Part shown: positions 1-8,808 of the stretch, one piece after another
Layout: each line of letters begins with the position of its first letter
How positions within the stretch are numbered: the first letter of the stretch is position 1
Assembly (NCBI GenBank): GCA_002471575.1
Contig: DKQG01000046.1
Location: 20,043 to 84,042, forward strand
Length of the DNA stretch: 64,000 bases
Source of the DNA: Alphaproteobacteria bacterium UBA7314
GTDB taxonomy: Bacteria > Pseudomonadota > Alphaproteobacteria > MPNO01 > UBA830
Direction of reading: 5' to 3'
Made by a program: the position numbers and the translations under genes
Notes under the pieces: model-generated
Told to the model about the DNA's origin: nothing
The model's database searches: none
Seen by the model: only the letters and a program-made list of their open reading frames with translations

Positions 1-128
1 ACCCAGGACGGCACCCAGTACACCGCGTCTTCGGTATAAAGATCGATCCATTCATCCCATTCCCGCCGGTCCAGCAGAGTGGATTCAAGATAAATCAGGT
101 TCGTGACCTCTTGTTGCAGATCGCTCAT
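1..128 (-). CDS. Aromatic ring-hydroxylating dioxygenase beta (small) subunit, 5' part only (gene runs off the left edge)
   Basis: My own minus-strand translation from the ATG at 128..126 gives MSDLQQEVTNLIYLESTLLDRREWDEWIDLYTEDAVYWVPSW. This is a typical N-terminus for a Rieske-oxygenase beta subunit. The start overlaps the stop of the alpha gene (ATGA). It is absent from the ORF track because there is no stop inside the window. Confidence 0.7.
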   Translation of the reverse strand, partial: MSDLQQEVTNLIYLESTLLDRREWDEWIDLYTEDAVYWVPSW

Positions 129-1444
129 CCCCGAAAGTCCCCTTTCATCATTTTCAGCCAGTGCCGGTAAAAACCGTGATACAGCACTTCATGGTCCCAG
201 TTGTCGGTGCAGGCCTGCGGCTCGAAACCGAGTTCTTTCGCCTCTTTATCAGCGCCGTAGGTGATATGCGCCAGACCGCGGTTGAACTCGCTCCATTTCG
301 CGTCCCGCGCAAGTGACCCTTCATGAGTGTCTTCCAGCGCAGCGATATCGTCAGACGTCGCCATCCCCGCCGTCAGATAAAAGTCTTCGAACTTGCGCAA
401 GCGTCCGGCGCGGGCCTTTTCGCTCTCTCCCCTCGGCGCGATGCAATAGACCGTGATATCGACACGGTCGGCCGACACCGGTTTCATCACCCGAATCTGT
501 GTAGATGGGTTGTCCATCAACATGACATTGGGGAACAGGTACAGGTTCCTGCCCTTGGTCAAGATCCATTCAACCTGTTTCGGCACCAGTTCCTTTTCAA
601 GCCGTTCCTTCGCTTCCCAGATAGGCCGCACTTCCGGTGTCGTGTGCTGAGCCCAGATCGCCATGTGGCCATTGCCCAGATCGTAGGATGCCGTCGGCAC
701 ACCACCCGCGATGCGCCCGGATTCCGTTTTTCGAATACCGGTGTATTCGCCCTTGCTTTCCCGCGCCGCAATCGTGTGCGCGAAGACGCGGTGAACAGTG
801 GAGACGTGATATCCATCGACACTGTTTTCGGCCTGCAGTTTCCAGTTTCCGTCGGTCTTGTAGGTCGAATTTCCGGGCACCACTTCAAGACCGTCCGGTG
901 ATTGCGCCACCATCAGGTCGATCCACGTCGCCGCCGCGCCCAGCCAGTCCTCGATCGACGGCACATCGGTGCTGAGGCTGCCGAAAACGAAGCCCCTGTA
1001 TGACGCGAGGCTCGCGATTTCCCGCAGATCGAACTTGCTGCGGTCAGTGCCCTCTTCTTCGTTCTTGATCCCAACACAATCGCCCGAACACTTGTAGGTC
1101 CAACCATGAAATCGGCAGGTCAGTGTTTTGGCGTTACCCTGGCGGAACGGCGTCAGGATGGCAGCCCGGTGTGAGCACGCGTTGATAAAGCACTTCAGCG
1201 ATCCGTCTTCCTGGCGGTGGACATAAACCGGCTGGCGGCCGATTTCCGTCCAAAAATAATCGCCATGGTTCGCGACCTGGCTCTCATGACACAGGAATAC
1301 CCAACACTTTTCGAATATATTGGTGACTTCCTGCTCGAAGATATCCTGCTCGGTATAAACAGCCCTGTCGACGCGGAACATTCCCTCGTCCACACGGTCG
1401 TCCACGAGCGCGGACAAGTCGTCGGTTACGATAATTCCGTCCAT
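125..1444 (-). CDS. Rieske non-heme iron oxygenase alpha subunit (benzoate/anthranilate 1,2-dioxygenase-like), copy 1
   Basis: 439 aa. Rieske motif CSHRAAIL..(17)..CRFHGWTY and mononuclear-iron motif NSVDGYHVSTVH are present. The N-terminal block FRVDRAVYTEQDIFEQE..FLCHESQV resembles BenA/AntA (from memory). Confidence 0.9.
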   Translation of the reverse strand: MDGIIVTDDLSALVDDRVDEGMFRVDRAVYTEQDIFEQEVTNIFEKCWVFLCHESQVANHGDYFWTEIGRQPVYVHRQEDGSLKCFINACSHRAAILTPFRQGNAKTLTCRFHGWTYKCSGDCVGIKNEEEGTDRSKFDLREIASLASYRGFVFGSLSTDVPSIEDWLGAAATWIDLMVAQSPDGLEVVPGNSTYKTDGNWKLQAENSVDGYHVSTVHRVFAHTIAARESKGEYTGIRKTESGRIAGGVPTASYDLGNGHMAIWAQHTTPEVRPIWEAKERLEKELVPKQVEWILTKGRNLYLFPNVMLMDNPSTQIRVMKPVSADRVDITVYCIAPRGESEKARAGRLRKFEDFYLTAGMATSDDIAALEDTHEGSLARDAKWSEFNRGLAHITYGADKEAKELGFEPQACTDNWDHEVLYHGFYRHWLKMMKGDFRG

Positions 1445-1445
1445 C

Positions 1446-2780
1446 CTATTCTCCCTTCGGGGCGGCTACCTGGTCGCGCCACTTGCGGTAAAAACTGTAA
1501 TAAAGTGTTTCATGGTCCCAGCTTGAGTTACTGGTTTCGGGATTGAACCCGCCTTCTTCGGCGGCGTCGTCCGGACCCGCCTGCACCGTTCTGATACCGC
1601 GATGGAACTCGCCCCATTTCACCACCCGCGCACGGCTACCCTGATGCGTGGCTTCCAGTGCGACGACGTCGTCGGATGTCGCCATGCCGCTGGCCATGAA
1701 GAAATCCTCGAATTTGCGCAGACGCGCATAGCGGGCTTCCCGGCTTTCGTCCGACGGCGCAAGACAGTAGATCGTCACCTCTGTTTTATCGGCGGAGATA
1801 GGCCTGAACGTCCGGATCTGCGTTGCCGCGAAATCGTTGATCATCAGCGACGGGTAGATAATCAGGTTACGGCCGCGCCGTAGCATCCAGTTCACCTTGC
1901 CGCTCGGATGGTCAGCCTCCAGCCGTTCTTCCGCCTCGGACAATGGCGAGGACGCAACCGGGTCCCGGTCAGCCCAGATCACCATGTGCCCTTGCCCCAG
2001 ATCGTAGCAGCCGTTGCGGACCGTCTTTTTGGCCAGTCGCCCGGTTTCGGTCCGCATCATGCCTTCATAGCCTTCGCGGGCTTCGCGTTGCTTGACGGTG
2101 CTGGCAAAAATGCGATGTACGGTGCTGGTGTGATACCCGTCGACGGCATTCTCAGTCGACATCTTCCAGTTTCCGCCGATAATGTATTTCTGCGATCCCG
2201 GCAGCACTTCGAGCCCCGCAGCCGACTGGTCGGCGACGAAATCGATGAAGAACTGCGATTCCCCGAGAAAGTCTTCCAGCGACTGAACATCCGCCGACAG
2301 GCTGCCGAACACGAACCCCTTGTAGCTGGCGATCGCACCGATTTCCTTGAGGTCGTAGACACTGCGATCGAAACTGTCACCGTAGCCGCCTTCTTCCTCC
2401 TTTATACGAATGCATTTACCGCTGCACTTGTACGACCAGCCGTGGAAACGACATGTAATTGTTTTGGCATTGCCCTGGACAGTCGGCGTCAGGATCGCAC
2501 CGCGATGCGAACAGGCGTTTAGAAAGCCCTTCAGACTGCCGTCTTCCTGGCGATGCACAAACACCGGCTGCCGACCAAGATAAGCCGCAAAATAGTCGCC
2601 TGGTTTTTTCACCTGGCTTTCGTGGCACAGGAAAATCCAGTCAGCCTCGAAGATAGATTTCATCTCGGTATTGAAAATTTCCGGGTCGAGATAGATATCA
2701 CGGTCGACCCTGAAGACGCCCTCTTCCGGCCGGTCGTCAATCATATCCGCTACCCTCACCGGGCTTATAACTCCATCCAT
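1446..2780 (-). CDS. Rieske non-heme iron oxygenase alpha subunit, paralogous copy 2
   Basis: Rieske motif CSHRGAIL...CRFHGWSY and iron motif NAVDGYHTSTVH are present. I place the start at MDGVISP (ATG 2780), preceded by AGGAGG. The longer track ORF to 2918 would overlap the IclR gene. Confidence 0.9.
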   Translation of the reverse strand: MDGVISPVRVADMIDDRPEEGVFRVDRDIYLDPEIFNTEMKSIFEADWIFLCHESQVKKPGDYFAAYLGRQPVFVHRQEDGSLKGFLNACSHRGAILTPTVQGNAKTITCRFHGWSYKCSGKCIRIKEEEGGYGDSFDRSVYDLKEIGAIASYKGFVFGSLSADVQSLEDFLGESQFFIDFVADQSAAGLEVLPGSQKYIIGGNWKMSTENAVDGYHTSTVHRIFASTVKQREAREGYEGMMRTETGRLAKKTVRNGCYDLGQGHMVIWADRDPVASSPLSEAEERLEADHPSGKVNWMLRRGRNLIIYPSLMINDFAATQIRTFRPISADKTEVTIYCLAPSDESREARYARLRKFEDFFMASGMATSDDVVALEATHQGSRARVVKWGEFHRGIRTVQAGPDDAAEEGGFNPETSNSSWDHETLYYSFYRKWRDQVAAPKGE

Positions 2781-2791
2781 TACTTCGCCTC

Positions 2792-3526
2792 CTATTCGGC
2801 CGCCGTCGGGACGGCATATCCCAACGCCGAGGAAATTTCCCGGGATGCTTCCCGGACATATTCTATGCAACTGTCCCGCCGGCCGTCCGACAAACGGACT
2901 TCCGGCCCGAAGATACACACGCTGCCCTTCACAGAACCGTCACGGTTGAAAACAGGGGCCGCTATTGCCACCGCGCCCTCTATGATTTCACCCCTCGATA
3001 CACGCACGCCGGTCCGCCGCACATCGTCGAACTCGGGATCGTTAGCCGCCGCATCAGTATAGGCCAGCATCGCTTTTCCGGACGCGCCGACCGAGAGAGT
3101 TTCCGAGAAGCCGATCCCACGCTTGAACGTCAGCGCCTGGCGGCTTTGCAGTTCCTCTATACAGATCTTCTTCCCGTCGTCGGTGACCACGAACAGTGCT
3201 ACGGTTTCGTCGGTTTCTTCCCACAGACGATGCAGTACCGGGCCAGCCGCGCGGAGAAATTCATCCTGACCGATCCAGCTTGCCGCAAGACGGCTGGCTT
3301 CGTGGCCGAGAACGAAACGCTGTGGATCGCCGAAAGACCGGATGACCCCCTTACCTTCTAACGTGGCGAGAATGCGATACAGCGTCGGACGGCTGAGGTC
3401 AGTCCGTTTTTGCAAGTCGGTAACGCTTAGTTCAGGAGTTTCGTGATCGAAACAGGCAAGCACGTCCACTGCCCGCTCAATCGAGCGAATGGTCTTGGTT
3501 TCGTTAACGTTCCGGGCCGGTCGCAT
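2792..3526 (-). CDS. IclR family transcriptional regulator
   Basis: N-terminal wHTH (SIERAVDVLACF...LSVTDLQKRTDLSRPTLYRILATLE) and a C-terminal IclR effector domain. The start is taken at MRPARN (3526), because the track start at 3571 would read through a repeated TGTACAC motif. The start is uncertain. Confidence 0.85.
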   Translation of the reverse strand: MRPARNVNETKTIRSIERAVDVLACFDHETPELSVTDLQKRTDLSRPTLYRILATLEGKGVIRSFGDPQRFVLGHEASRLAASWIGQDEFLRAAGPVLHRLWEETDETVALFVVTDDGKKICIEELQSRQALTFKRGIGFSETLSVGASGKAMLAYTDAAANDPEFDDVRRTGVRVSRGEIIEGAVAIAAPVFNRDGSVKGSVCIFGPEVRLSDGRRDSCIEYVREASREISSALGYAVPTAAE

Positions 3527-3530
3527 CGGT

Positions 3531-3565
3531 GTGTACACAATGTGGACATGTTGTACACTAAATGT
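3531..3565. promoter_or_regulatory. Two copies of a TGTACAC-containing motif directly upstream of the IclR gene (candidate autoregulatory operator)
   Basis: GTGTACACAATGT at 3531-3543 and TTGTACACTAAATGT at 3551-3565. TGTACA is self-complementary. No other TGTACAC was seen elsewhere in the window. Confidence 0.3.
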
Positions 3566-3585
3566 AAGCAAGCCTCACACGGCTG

Positions 3586-4788
3586 TCAAACCGTGTGTCG
3601 CCCTGGATCGAACTCCTGCAGCACCGTATTGCGCTTTAAACGCATTTTTCGGGTTGACGGCGGCGTATTCCGCGATCGGTGAATGAACCGGGGGATACCG
3701 TCGGTAAACACCGCCGGGATCGCCGGATAGTCACCATGTTTGATCGCATCGAGCGCCGTCTTCCCGCTGCTGCCGAGCGGGGCGTCCACGATCATGATGT
3801 CGGCGTCTTTACCGCGTTTGATAAAACCCGTGTTCAACCTGTAGACGTTGGCGTTATTTCCGGTCGCAGCGCACACCATCATTTCAGGCGAATGGTCGGT
3901 CAGGCAGGCCATTTCGACCACGGTCTTTATCATACCCAGCGGCATCATGCCGGTACCGGTCGGGGTGTCGGTAGCAAAAATCAGACGGTCGAATTCGTTA
4001 GCTTCGACCGCCATGTTGAGACACATGATCGCGGTGCGGATATTGCCCGCCTGGCAAATCTGCATCGCGATATCGCTCTCGTTGATAATGCGGGCGAAAT
4101 CTTTGTCGGGCATCGCGACGGGACCGCCGTTGATATGGAATGAAACGGTCGGTTTCATATGCAGTAGATGATCGCCGGTAATCGGCGAAGAATCCGGGAT
4201 TGAGGCACCGCCGGTATGCACGTTTACAATCATGCCGGCTTTCTTCGCCATCGCGACATAGGGTTTGTAGTCGAACGGCGATTTGAACTTGCCGAAACCA
4301 GCCTTGGCCAGCCAAACGCCCTGTTTCGCCGCGTCGTTGAAATGTTTCTGCGTCAATCCGGGTTCGAGGATGATGGCACCCGCATGAACGTGCATCCCGC
4401 CTGGCGAGTAATTGTCGAAGCTTTTCTTCGCGGCAACGGCGAGGGCCACCACCCCGTCGGGATCGGACGGACGCCCGGGCACATGAACCTCGCTCGCCGA
4501 AATCGACGTCGTCACTCCGCCGTGCAAGTAGCTTTCGAGAAAACCAATGGTGCGCTGGCGAGGCGTGTAATCGGCAAAGGCCACATGGACCTGAGAATCG
4601 ATCAGTCCCGGCATCGCCGTCATTCCCCCCGCGTCTAGCACGACGTCGCAGGATTTTTCCTCCTTTGCCGAGAGAGTTCCCACCTTGGTGATCTTGCCAT
4701 TGTTCATCAGAATGGAATCGCCCTTGGCGAATGGTTTGCGCCAATCGCCCGAGACGATGGTTTTCAGATTGACGATTGCTGATTTCAT
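3586..4788 (-). CDS. Amidohydrolase superfamily protein, enamidase-like
   Basis: 400 aa. Blocks IVSGD, PGLIDSQVHV, YTPRQ, LHGGVTT, HTGGASIP, HINGGP and RNTPP resemble the enamidase / cyclic amidohydrolase family (from memory). The first metal motif reads QVH rather than HxH. Confidence 0.8.
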   Translation of the reverse strand: MKSAIVNLKTIVSGDWRKPFAKGDSILMNNGKITKVGTLSAKEEKSCDVVLDAGGMTAMPGLIDSQVHVAFADYTPRQRTIGFLESYLHGGVTTSISASEVHVPGRPSDPDGVVALAVAAKKSFDNYSPGGMHVHAGAIILEPGLTQKHFNDAAKQGVWLAKAGFGKFKSPFDYKPYVAMAKKAGMIVNVHTGGASIPDSSPITGDHLLHMKPTVSFHINGGPVAMPDKDFARIINESDIAMQICQAGNIRTAIMCLNMAVEANEFDRLIFATDTPTGTGMMPLGMIKTVVEMACLTDHSPEMMVCAATGNNANVYRLNTGFIKRGKDADIMIVDAPLGSSGKTALDAIKHGDYPAIPAVFTDGIPRFIHRSRNTPPSTRKMRLKRNTVLQEFDPGRHTV

Positions 4789-4799
4789 TTTACTGTTCC

Positions 4800-5375
4800 C
4801 TATCTCAGTCCGTCTTCGCCGACGATCTCGTCCTTGCTGGGCCCGCCGACGCGGTGATTGAGCCGCCCCCGATTAGCGAAACAGCAGATGATACAAATCT
4901 CGTCCTCCAGTGGAGCGTCTGGCAACATGAGGGTCATGCCGTCGTAATGCGAGCGAACGAACAATGCATCTTTATGCGCCAGAGGGATATCTACCTGCTC
5001 GCCCGGACGGGCGCGCTTCGTGATAGACGAGATCCACGCCTTGCCTCCGCCAACCGCATCGCGCAACACGTTGCCGTAAACGGTGGTCAGACAGGCCACA
5101 CCGTGCTCCTGCTCCCCTGCCGTGCCGATCAGAGCGGCCTTGCCGTATGAGTCTACAGTATAGGGTGCCATCTGTTCGGCCCCCATAGTCGCGATCTTCG
5201 ACCCCAGTTCAATGCTTGCGTCAGTCAGATCACTAAGATCCTCGACATAACCTTTGCCTGCATGCGGGTTGGAGATAACCGCGACCACTGCGACCTTTCG
5301 CAGAGGCTCCTCCCGATCTTGCTCCATATCATGGAGCGCCTCGTCCACGACTGTGTAAAGACGCCGGATCTTCAT
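4800..5375 (-). CDS. Amino acid synthesis family protein (DUF1185 / AA_synth)
   Basis: 191 aa. The pattern RKVAVVAVISNP..G.YVEDL...YGKAALIG..GE.EHG..C is as I remember for Pfam AA_synth. It lies 12 nt upstream of the amidohydrolase on the same strand. Confidence 0.7.
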   Translation of the reverse strand: MKIRRLYTVVDEALHDMEQDREEPLRKVAVVAVISNPHAGKGYVEDLSDLTDASIELGSKIATMGAEQMAPYTVDSYGKAALIGTAGEQEHGVACLTTVYGNVLRDAVGGGKAWISSITKRARPGEQVDIPLAHKDALFVRSHYDGMTLMLPDAPLEDEICIICCFANRGRLNHRVGGPSKDEIVGEDGLR

Positions 5376-5922
5376 TACGCTCCTCCCGTCGGTTTTCCTA
5401 ATCCTAAACCGCTATATATCAAAAGTTCTCACAGCTAAGCATTCTATTCCGGATTATGCTCTAACGTTTTCTCCCTAGCCAGCGATGTCTTGGCTAGTGA
5501 GAGATTGCAGAATGTCCGAGCTAGTAAAGCACCTCTCCAGATTGAGCTTTGTGAACGTGGAGGATCTGGATCCGAAGATTAACCTCGCCGGAGGTCTCGC
5601 CGCATGTTTCTTGACCATAGTGTGTGTTTTATGTCCAAACGGGCTCAGAGCACCGCGGCCATCAAAAAAAGCTTGAAGCCGCCATCGAACAATAGGAGCA
5701 CCCTCTTAACGCGGCTTCCAATCATGAGCTCTATTTCACCTGGCTTGGCTCGCCAATCACCATAAATTTACCCAAGGATTATTGATCATGGGTGCACGGG
5801 ATTAACGCTACAGCGCTTATTCCGCTGTTCCCGCAGGCCGTGAAGGCTCCCACTTGGACCTCTTCTTATCGATAACTTACCCGGCAATACTAATGCCGCA
5901 ACAGCCGACTAACGGCTTCAGT

Positions 5923-7488
5923 TCACTGCGTCTTCCGGCCGTTTATGTCATAACCGGATAGTGCGTAATCAACCAGACCCGTCGCCTTATCCCAATCATA
6001 AGTGCGATGCGCGTGCGTCTTCACAATAAATGGAGCACCCGCGTAGAACTTTTCGTATTGCTCGTGACGGCCAGCAAACTCTGAACCAATCATATCCCAT
6101 GCGAGTTTCATCAGCTTGATACGATCCTCGCCCGGTACGCCGGGAGATTGAACATACTTGGTAATCGTATCCCGGATCTCCGGGTTCTTGAGATCCTCCA
6201 CTGACGAAGGAAGTTGGATGAGGCCACCACCAGCCAGCTCGCGAACAATATCTAAAAGCTTGGGGTTTATTTCCGATTGAAGGTTCATGTTCGCGTAGAT
6301 GTGGGGCATGCTCGGAAGAACGTAACCGTTATCGTTTGTCCAACATTCTGCTTCTTGAGCGTAGACAAGGCCCTCGTACATTGTCGCATAAGTCGCCAGC
6401 TTTCCTAACTCGCCGATGACCGGCGGCAAGCTGCCCGTGCCATTCATGTCAGTGATCTTCTTGGCTAAGCCAACAAGAAATCTCAGTTTTGTCATGTAGC
6501 GTATCTGGGCTTGGCTATTCCCCATAATATGCGCCGGCGCCTCAAACCACTGCGCCCTCGCGACATCGACATTCTTGTAAACGAAGACCCTTTCCCAGGG
6601 AACGAAGACGTCATCGTAGACAAACAGCGAGTCAGTCTCATCGAAACGCGAGGCAAGCGGATAATCAAACACGCTACTGGCAGCTGACGCGTAAGACCTC
6701 CTCGAAAAGATTTTTACCCCTGGCGCATTGCAGGGAACTGCAACGGAGATCGCATAATTCTCATCGCCCTGCCGCATGGGGTGGATCGTGCTGAGTTGGA
6801 CGAAATCAGCCAATACTGCTCCTGTTCCCAGCATTTGCGCCCCTCGAATAATCACGCCATCATCGCGCTCTTCGACGATTCCCGCGTAAAGATCTGGCGG
6901 TTCCTGCTGATGAGCAGGTTTTGTGCGATCGATTTGTGGGGGGACAATAGTGTAGGCGATATACATATCGTGATCGCGACAGAATTCGTAGAATTTAACG
7001 GCGTTATCAGCAAACTTCTGTCCCCCCCTAGCCAAAACTTCAGGGGCCATCGCATAACCAGCAAAAAACCCTGCGACATGGTCAGGACTACGCCCCATTA
7101 AACCAAGAGTAAGTTCGGAGGTCTTCGTGAGAGCCTTCCGTCTGGCGACGAGCTCCTCCTTGCTGCGCGGCATTGCCCAGTGTCGATTGACCCTGTCGCC
7201 TGTATCCGGCGAAACGTACGTCATTAAATCCGCATTTTCCGGCGCAGCAGCATTGTCAAAGATACCGGCTACCGACGTAACCGCTCCCTCGAACGCCGGA
7301 TGCGTGGTTACATCCCTGATCACATCCCCATCATGAACAACATGGCGTCCGTCATCGCGAATACTGTCAACGTACTGAGCGCCTGAGCGCACCCCAGTGC
7401 CGAAGGCTTCCCCACGGCAAAAGTCGATACAGCCGCAAACCGGTTGTTTGCCGCAGTCTGCGGGAACGTCCGCTAGTCTTGTTGCCAT
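5923..7488 (-). CDS. 4-hydroxyphenylacetate 3-hydroxylase (HpaB) family flavin-dependent oxygenase component
   Basis: The N-terminal block GAQYVDSIRDDGRHVVHDGDVIRDVTTHPAF and the about 520 aa length are typical of the HpaB / 4-hydroxybutyryl-CoA dehydratase fold family. The start is taken at MATRLADV (7488). Confidence 0.85.
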   Translation of the reverse strand: MATRLADVPADCGKQPVCGCIDFCRGEAFGTGVRSGAQYVDSIRDDGRHVVHDGDVIRDVTTHPAFEGAVTSVAGIFDNAAAPENADLMTYVSPDTGDRVNRHWAMPRSKEELVARRKALTKTSELTLGLMGRSPDHVAGFFAGYAMAPEVLARGGQKFADNAVKFYEFCRDHDMYIAYTIVPPQIDRTKPAHQQEPPDLYAGIVEERDDGVIIRGAQMLGTGAVLADFVQLSTIHPMRQGDENYAISVAVPCNAPGVKIFSRRSYASAASSVFDYPLASRFDETDSLFVYDDVFVPWERVFVYKNVDVARAQWFEAPAHIMGNSQAQIRYMTKLRFLVGLAKKITDMNGTGSLPPVIGELGKLATYATMYEGLVYAQEAECWTNDNGYVLPSMPHIYANMNLQSEINPKLLDIVRELAGGGLIQLPSSVEDLKNPEIRDTITKYVQSPGVPGEDRIKLMKLAWDMIGSEFAGRHEQYEKFYAGAPFIVKTHAHRTYDWDKATGLVDYALSGYDINGRKTQ

Positions 7489-7600
7489 TTTAAAACCCTT
7501 CCAAGCGCTCTTTTTTCTCAGTATACGCAAAAACTCAGCAGATAGTTGTCGCTTTTTTGCAGAGATGGCAAATTTGTCGCAGATAAGAGGGAGAAATCCG

Positions 7601-8731
7601 ATGTTTAACCGCCCGCTCGCGGAGAACCCACTCTACAACGACAACAAGATGAAGATCGGCATCATTGCGATGAACTGCTCGCATGGCTCAACAATTTCAC
7701 AGGTGGAAGGCGCTTGGGAAATGAACTGGCCGGACACCCGCGAAGTAGCCGTTATGGCCGACCGCGCCGGGTTTGAAGCCTTATTACCAGTAGCGCGCTG
7801 GCGCGGTTACGGCGGACCCACCAATTTCAACAACCGCACGTTCGAGACCTACAACTGGGCCGCCGGCGTGGCCGCGGTGACGGAATATTCCTGCATATTC
7901 TCTACTTCTCACGTACCACTGACGCACCCGGTCGCCGCGGCCAAACAGTGCGCGACGATCGACCATATTTCCGGCGGACGCTTTGCGCTGAATGTCGTTT
8001 GTGGCTGGTTCAAGAACGAGTTCGAGATGTTCGGTGCCGATTGGAAAGAACACGATGTACGCTACGAATACGCCACCGAATGGCTGAACTTCGTGCGCCG
8101 GATCTGGACCGAAGACGGTGAATTCGATTTCCAGGGGCGCTGGTTCGATTCTAAGAACGTCTGGAGCGAACCCAAACCGATCCAATCGCCGATGCCGCCG
8201 GTGATGAATGCCGGAGGATCCGAGGCCGGTCAGATTTTCGCGGCGACCCAGGCTGATATGAACTTCGTGATCCTGAAAGAGCGCGATATCGAAGGCGGCA
8301 AGTCACAGATCGCGCACCTGAAGAACATGGCGAAGGACGCGGGTCGCGACGTCAAAAGCTGGATCCACGTCTACGTGGTGTGTCGGGACACGGAAAAGGA
8401 AGCGCAGGATTACCTCAACCACTACGTGAACGAAAAAGGTGACTTCGAAGCGGTGAACAACCTGCTTGAAATTTTCGGCATGCAGTCGGAAACGCTTCCA
8501 AACGAAGTACTCGATGAATTTCGCTTCCACTTTATCGCCGGACACGGCGGATATCCGCTGGTTGGCACGCCCGAACAGATCGTCGACGAAATCGGAAAGC
8601 TGATCGAAATCGGCGTCGACGGGATGCTGATTTCCTGGGTTGATTACAAGACTGAGTGCAAACAATGGATCGACGAAATTCTGCCGCTTATGGAGCAAGC
8701 TGGACAAAGAGCACCTGTAAAAAAGCTGTGA
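7601..8731 (+). CDS. LLM-class (luciferase-like) flavin-dependent monooxygenase, RutA-like subgroup
   Basis: The start at MFNRPL is preceded by GAGGGAG. Blocks MKIGIIAMNCSHG, LLPVARWRGYGG, ATIDHISGGRFALNVVCGW and NAGGSEAG resemble RutA-type LLM enzymes (from memory). The upstream part of the track ORF is antisense to hpaB. Confidence 0.85.
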   Translation: MFNRPLAENPLYNDNKMKIGIIAMNCSHGSTISQVEGAWEMNWPDTREVAVMADRAGFEALLPVARWRGYGGPTNFNNRTFETYNWAAGVAAVTEYSCIFSTSHVPLTHPVAAAKQCATIDHISGGRFALNVVCGWFKNEFEMFGADWKEHDVRYEYATEWLNFVRRIWTEDGEFDFQGRWFDSKNVWSEPKPIQSPMPPVMNAGGSEAGQIFAATQADMNFVILKERDIEGGKSQIAHLKNMAKDAGRDVKSWIHVYVVCRDTEKEAQDYLNHYVNEKGDFEAVNNLLEIFGMQSETLPNEVLDEFRFHFIAGHGGYPLVGTPEQIVDEIGKLIEIGVDGMLISWVDYKTECKQWIDEILPLMEQAGQRAPVKKL

Positions 8732-8808
8732 CCCAGCATTACACACGGCCTTGTCAGCGTCGTCTTATCTATGACAATATCAACACATCAAGATACAGGG
8801 AGAAAATA

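Noticed and set aside
2781-2918. The long 5' extensions of several track ORFs: 1446..2918, 7397..8731, 8656..9828, 11943..12629, 12380..13360, 21074..22129, 31983..32891, 43426..44568, 46800..47702, 55438..57192, 57225..57956 and 62565..63470.
   Set aside because: In each case an internal start has a better Shine-Dalgarno sequence, gives a family-typical N-terminus and removes overlap with the neighbouring gene. The extensions have atypical composition.
5485-5676. A 63-aa ORF in the long gap between the DUF1185 gene and hpaB.
   Set aside because: It has no RBS, no recognisable family and a Cys- and Leu-rich odd composition. I kept it only as part of the unexplained-gap finding.
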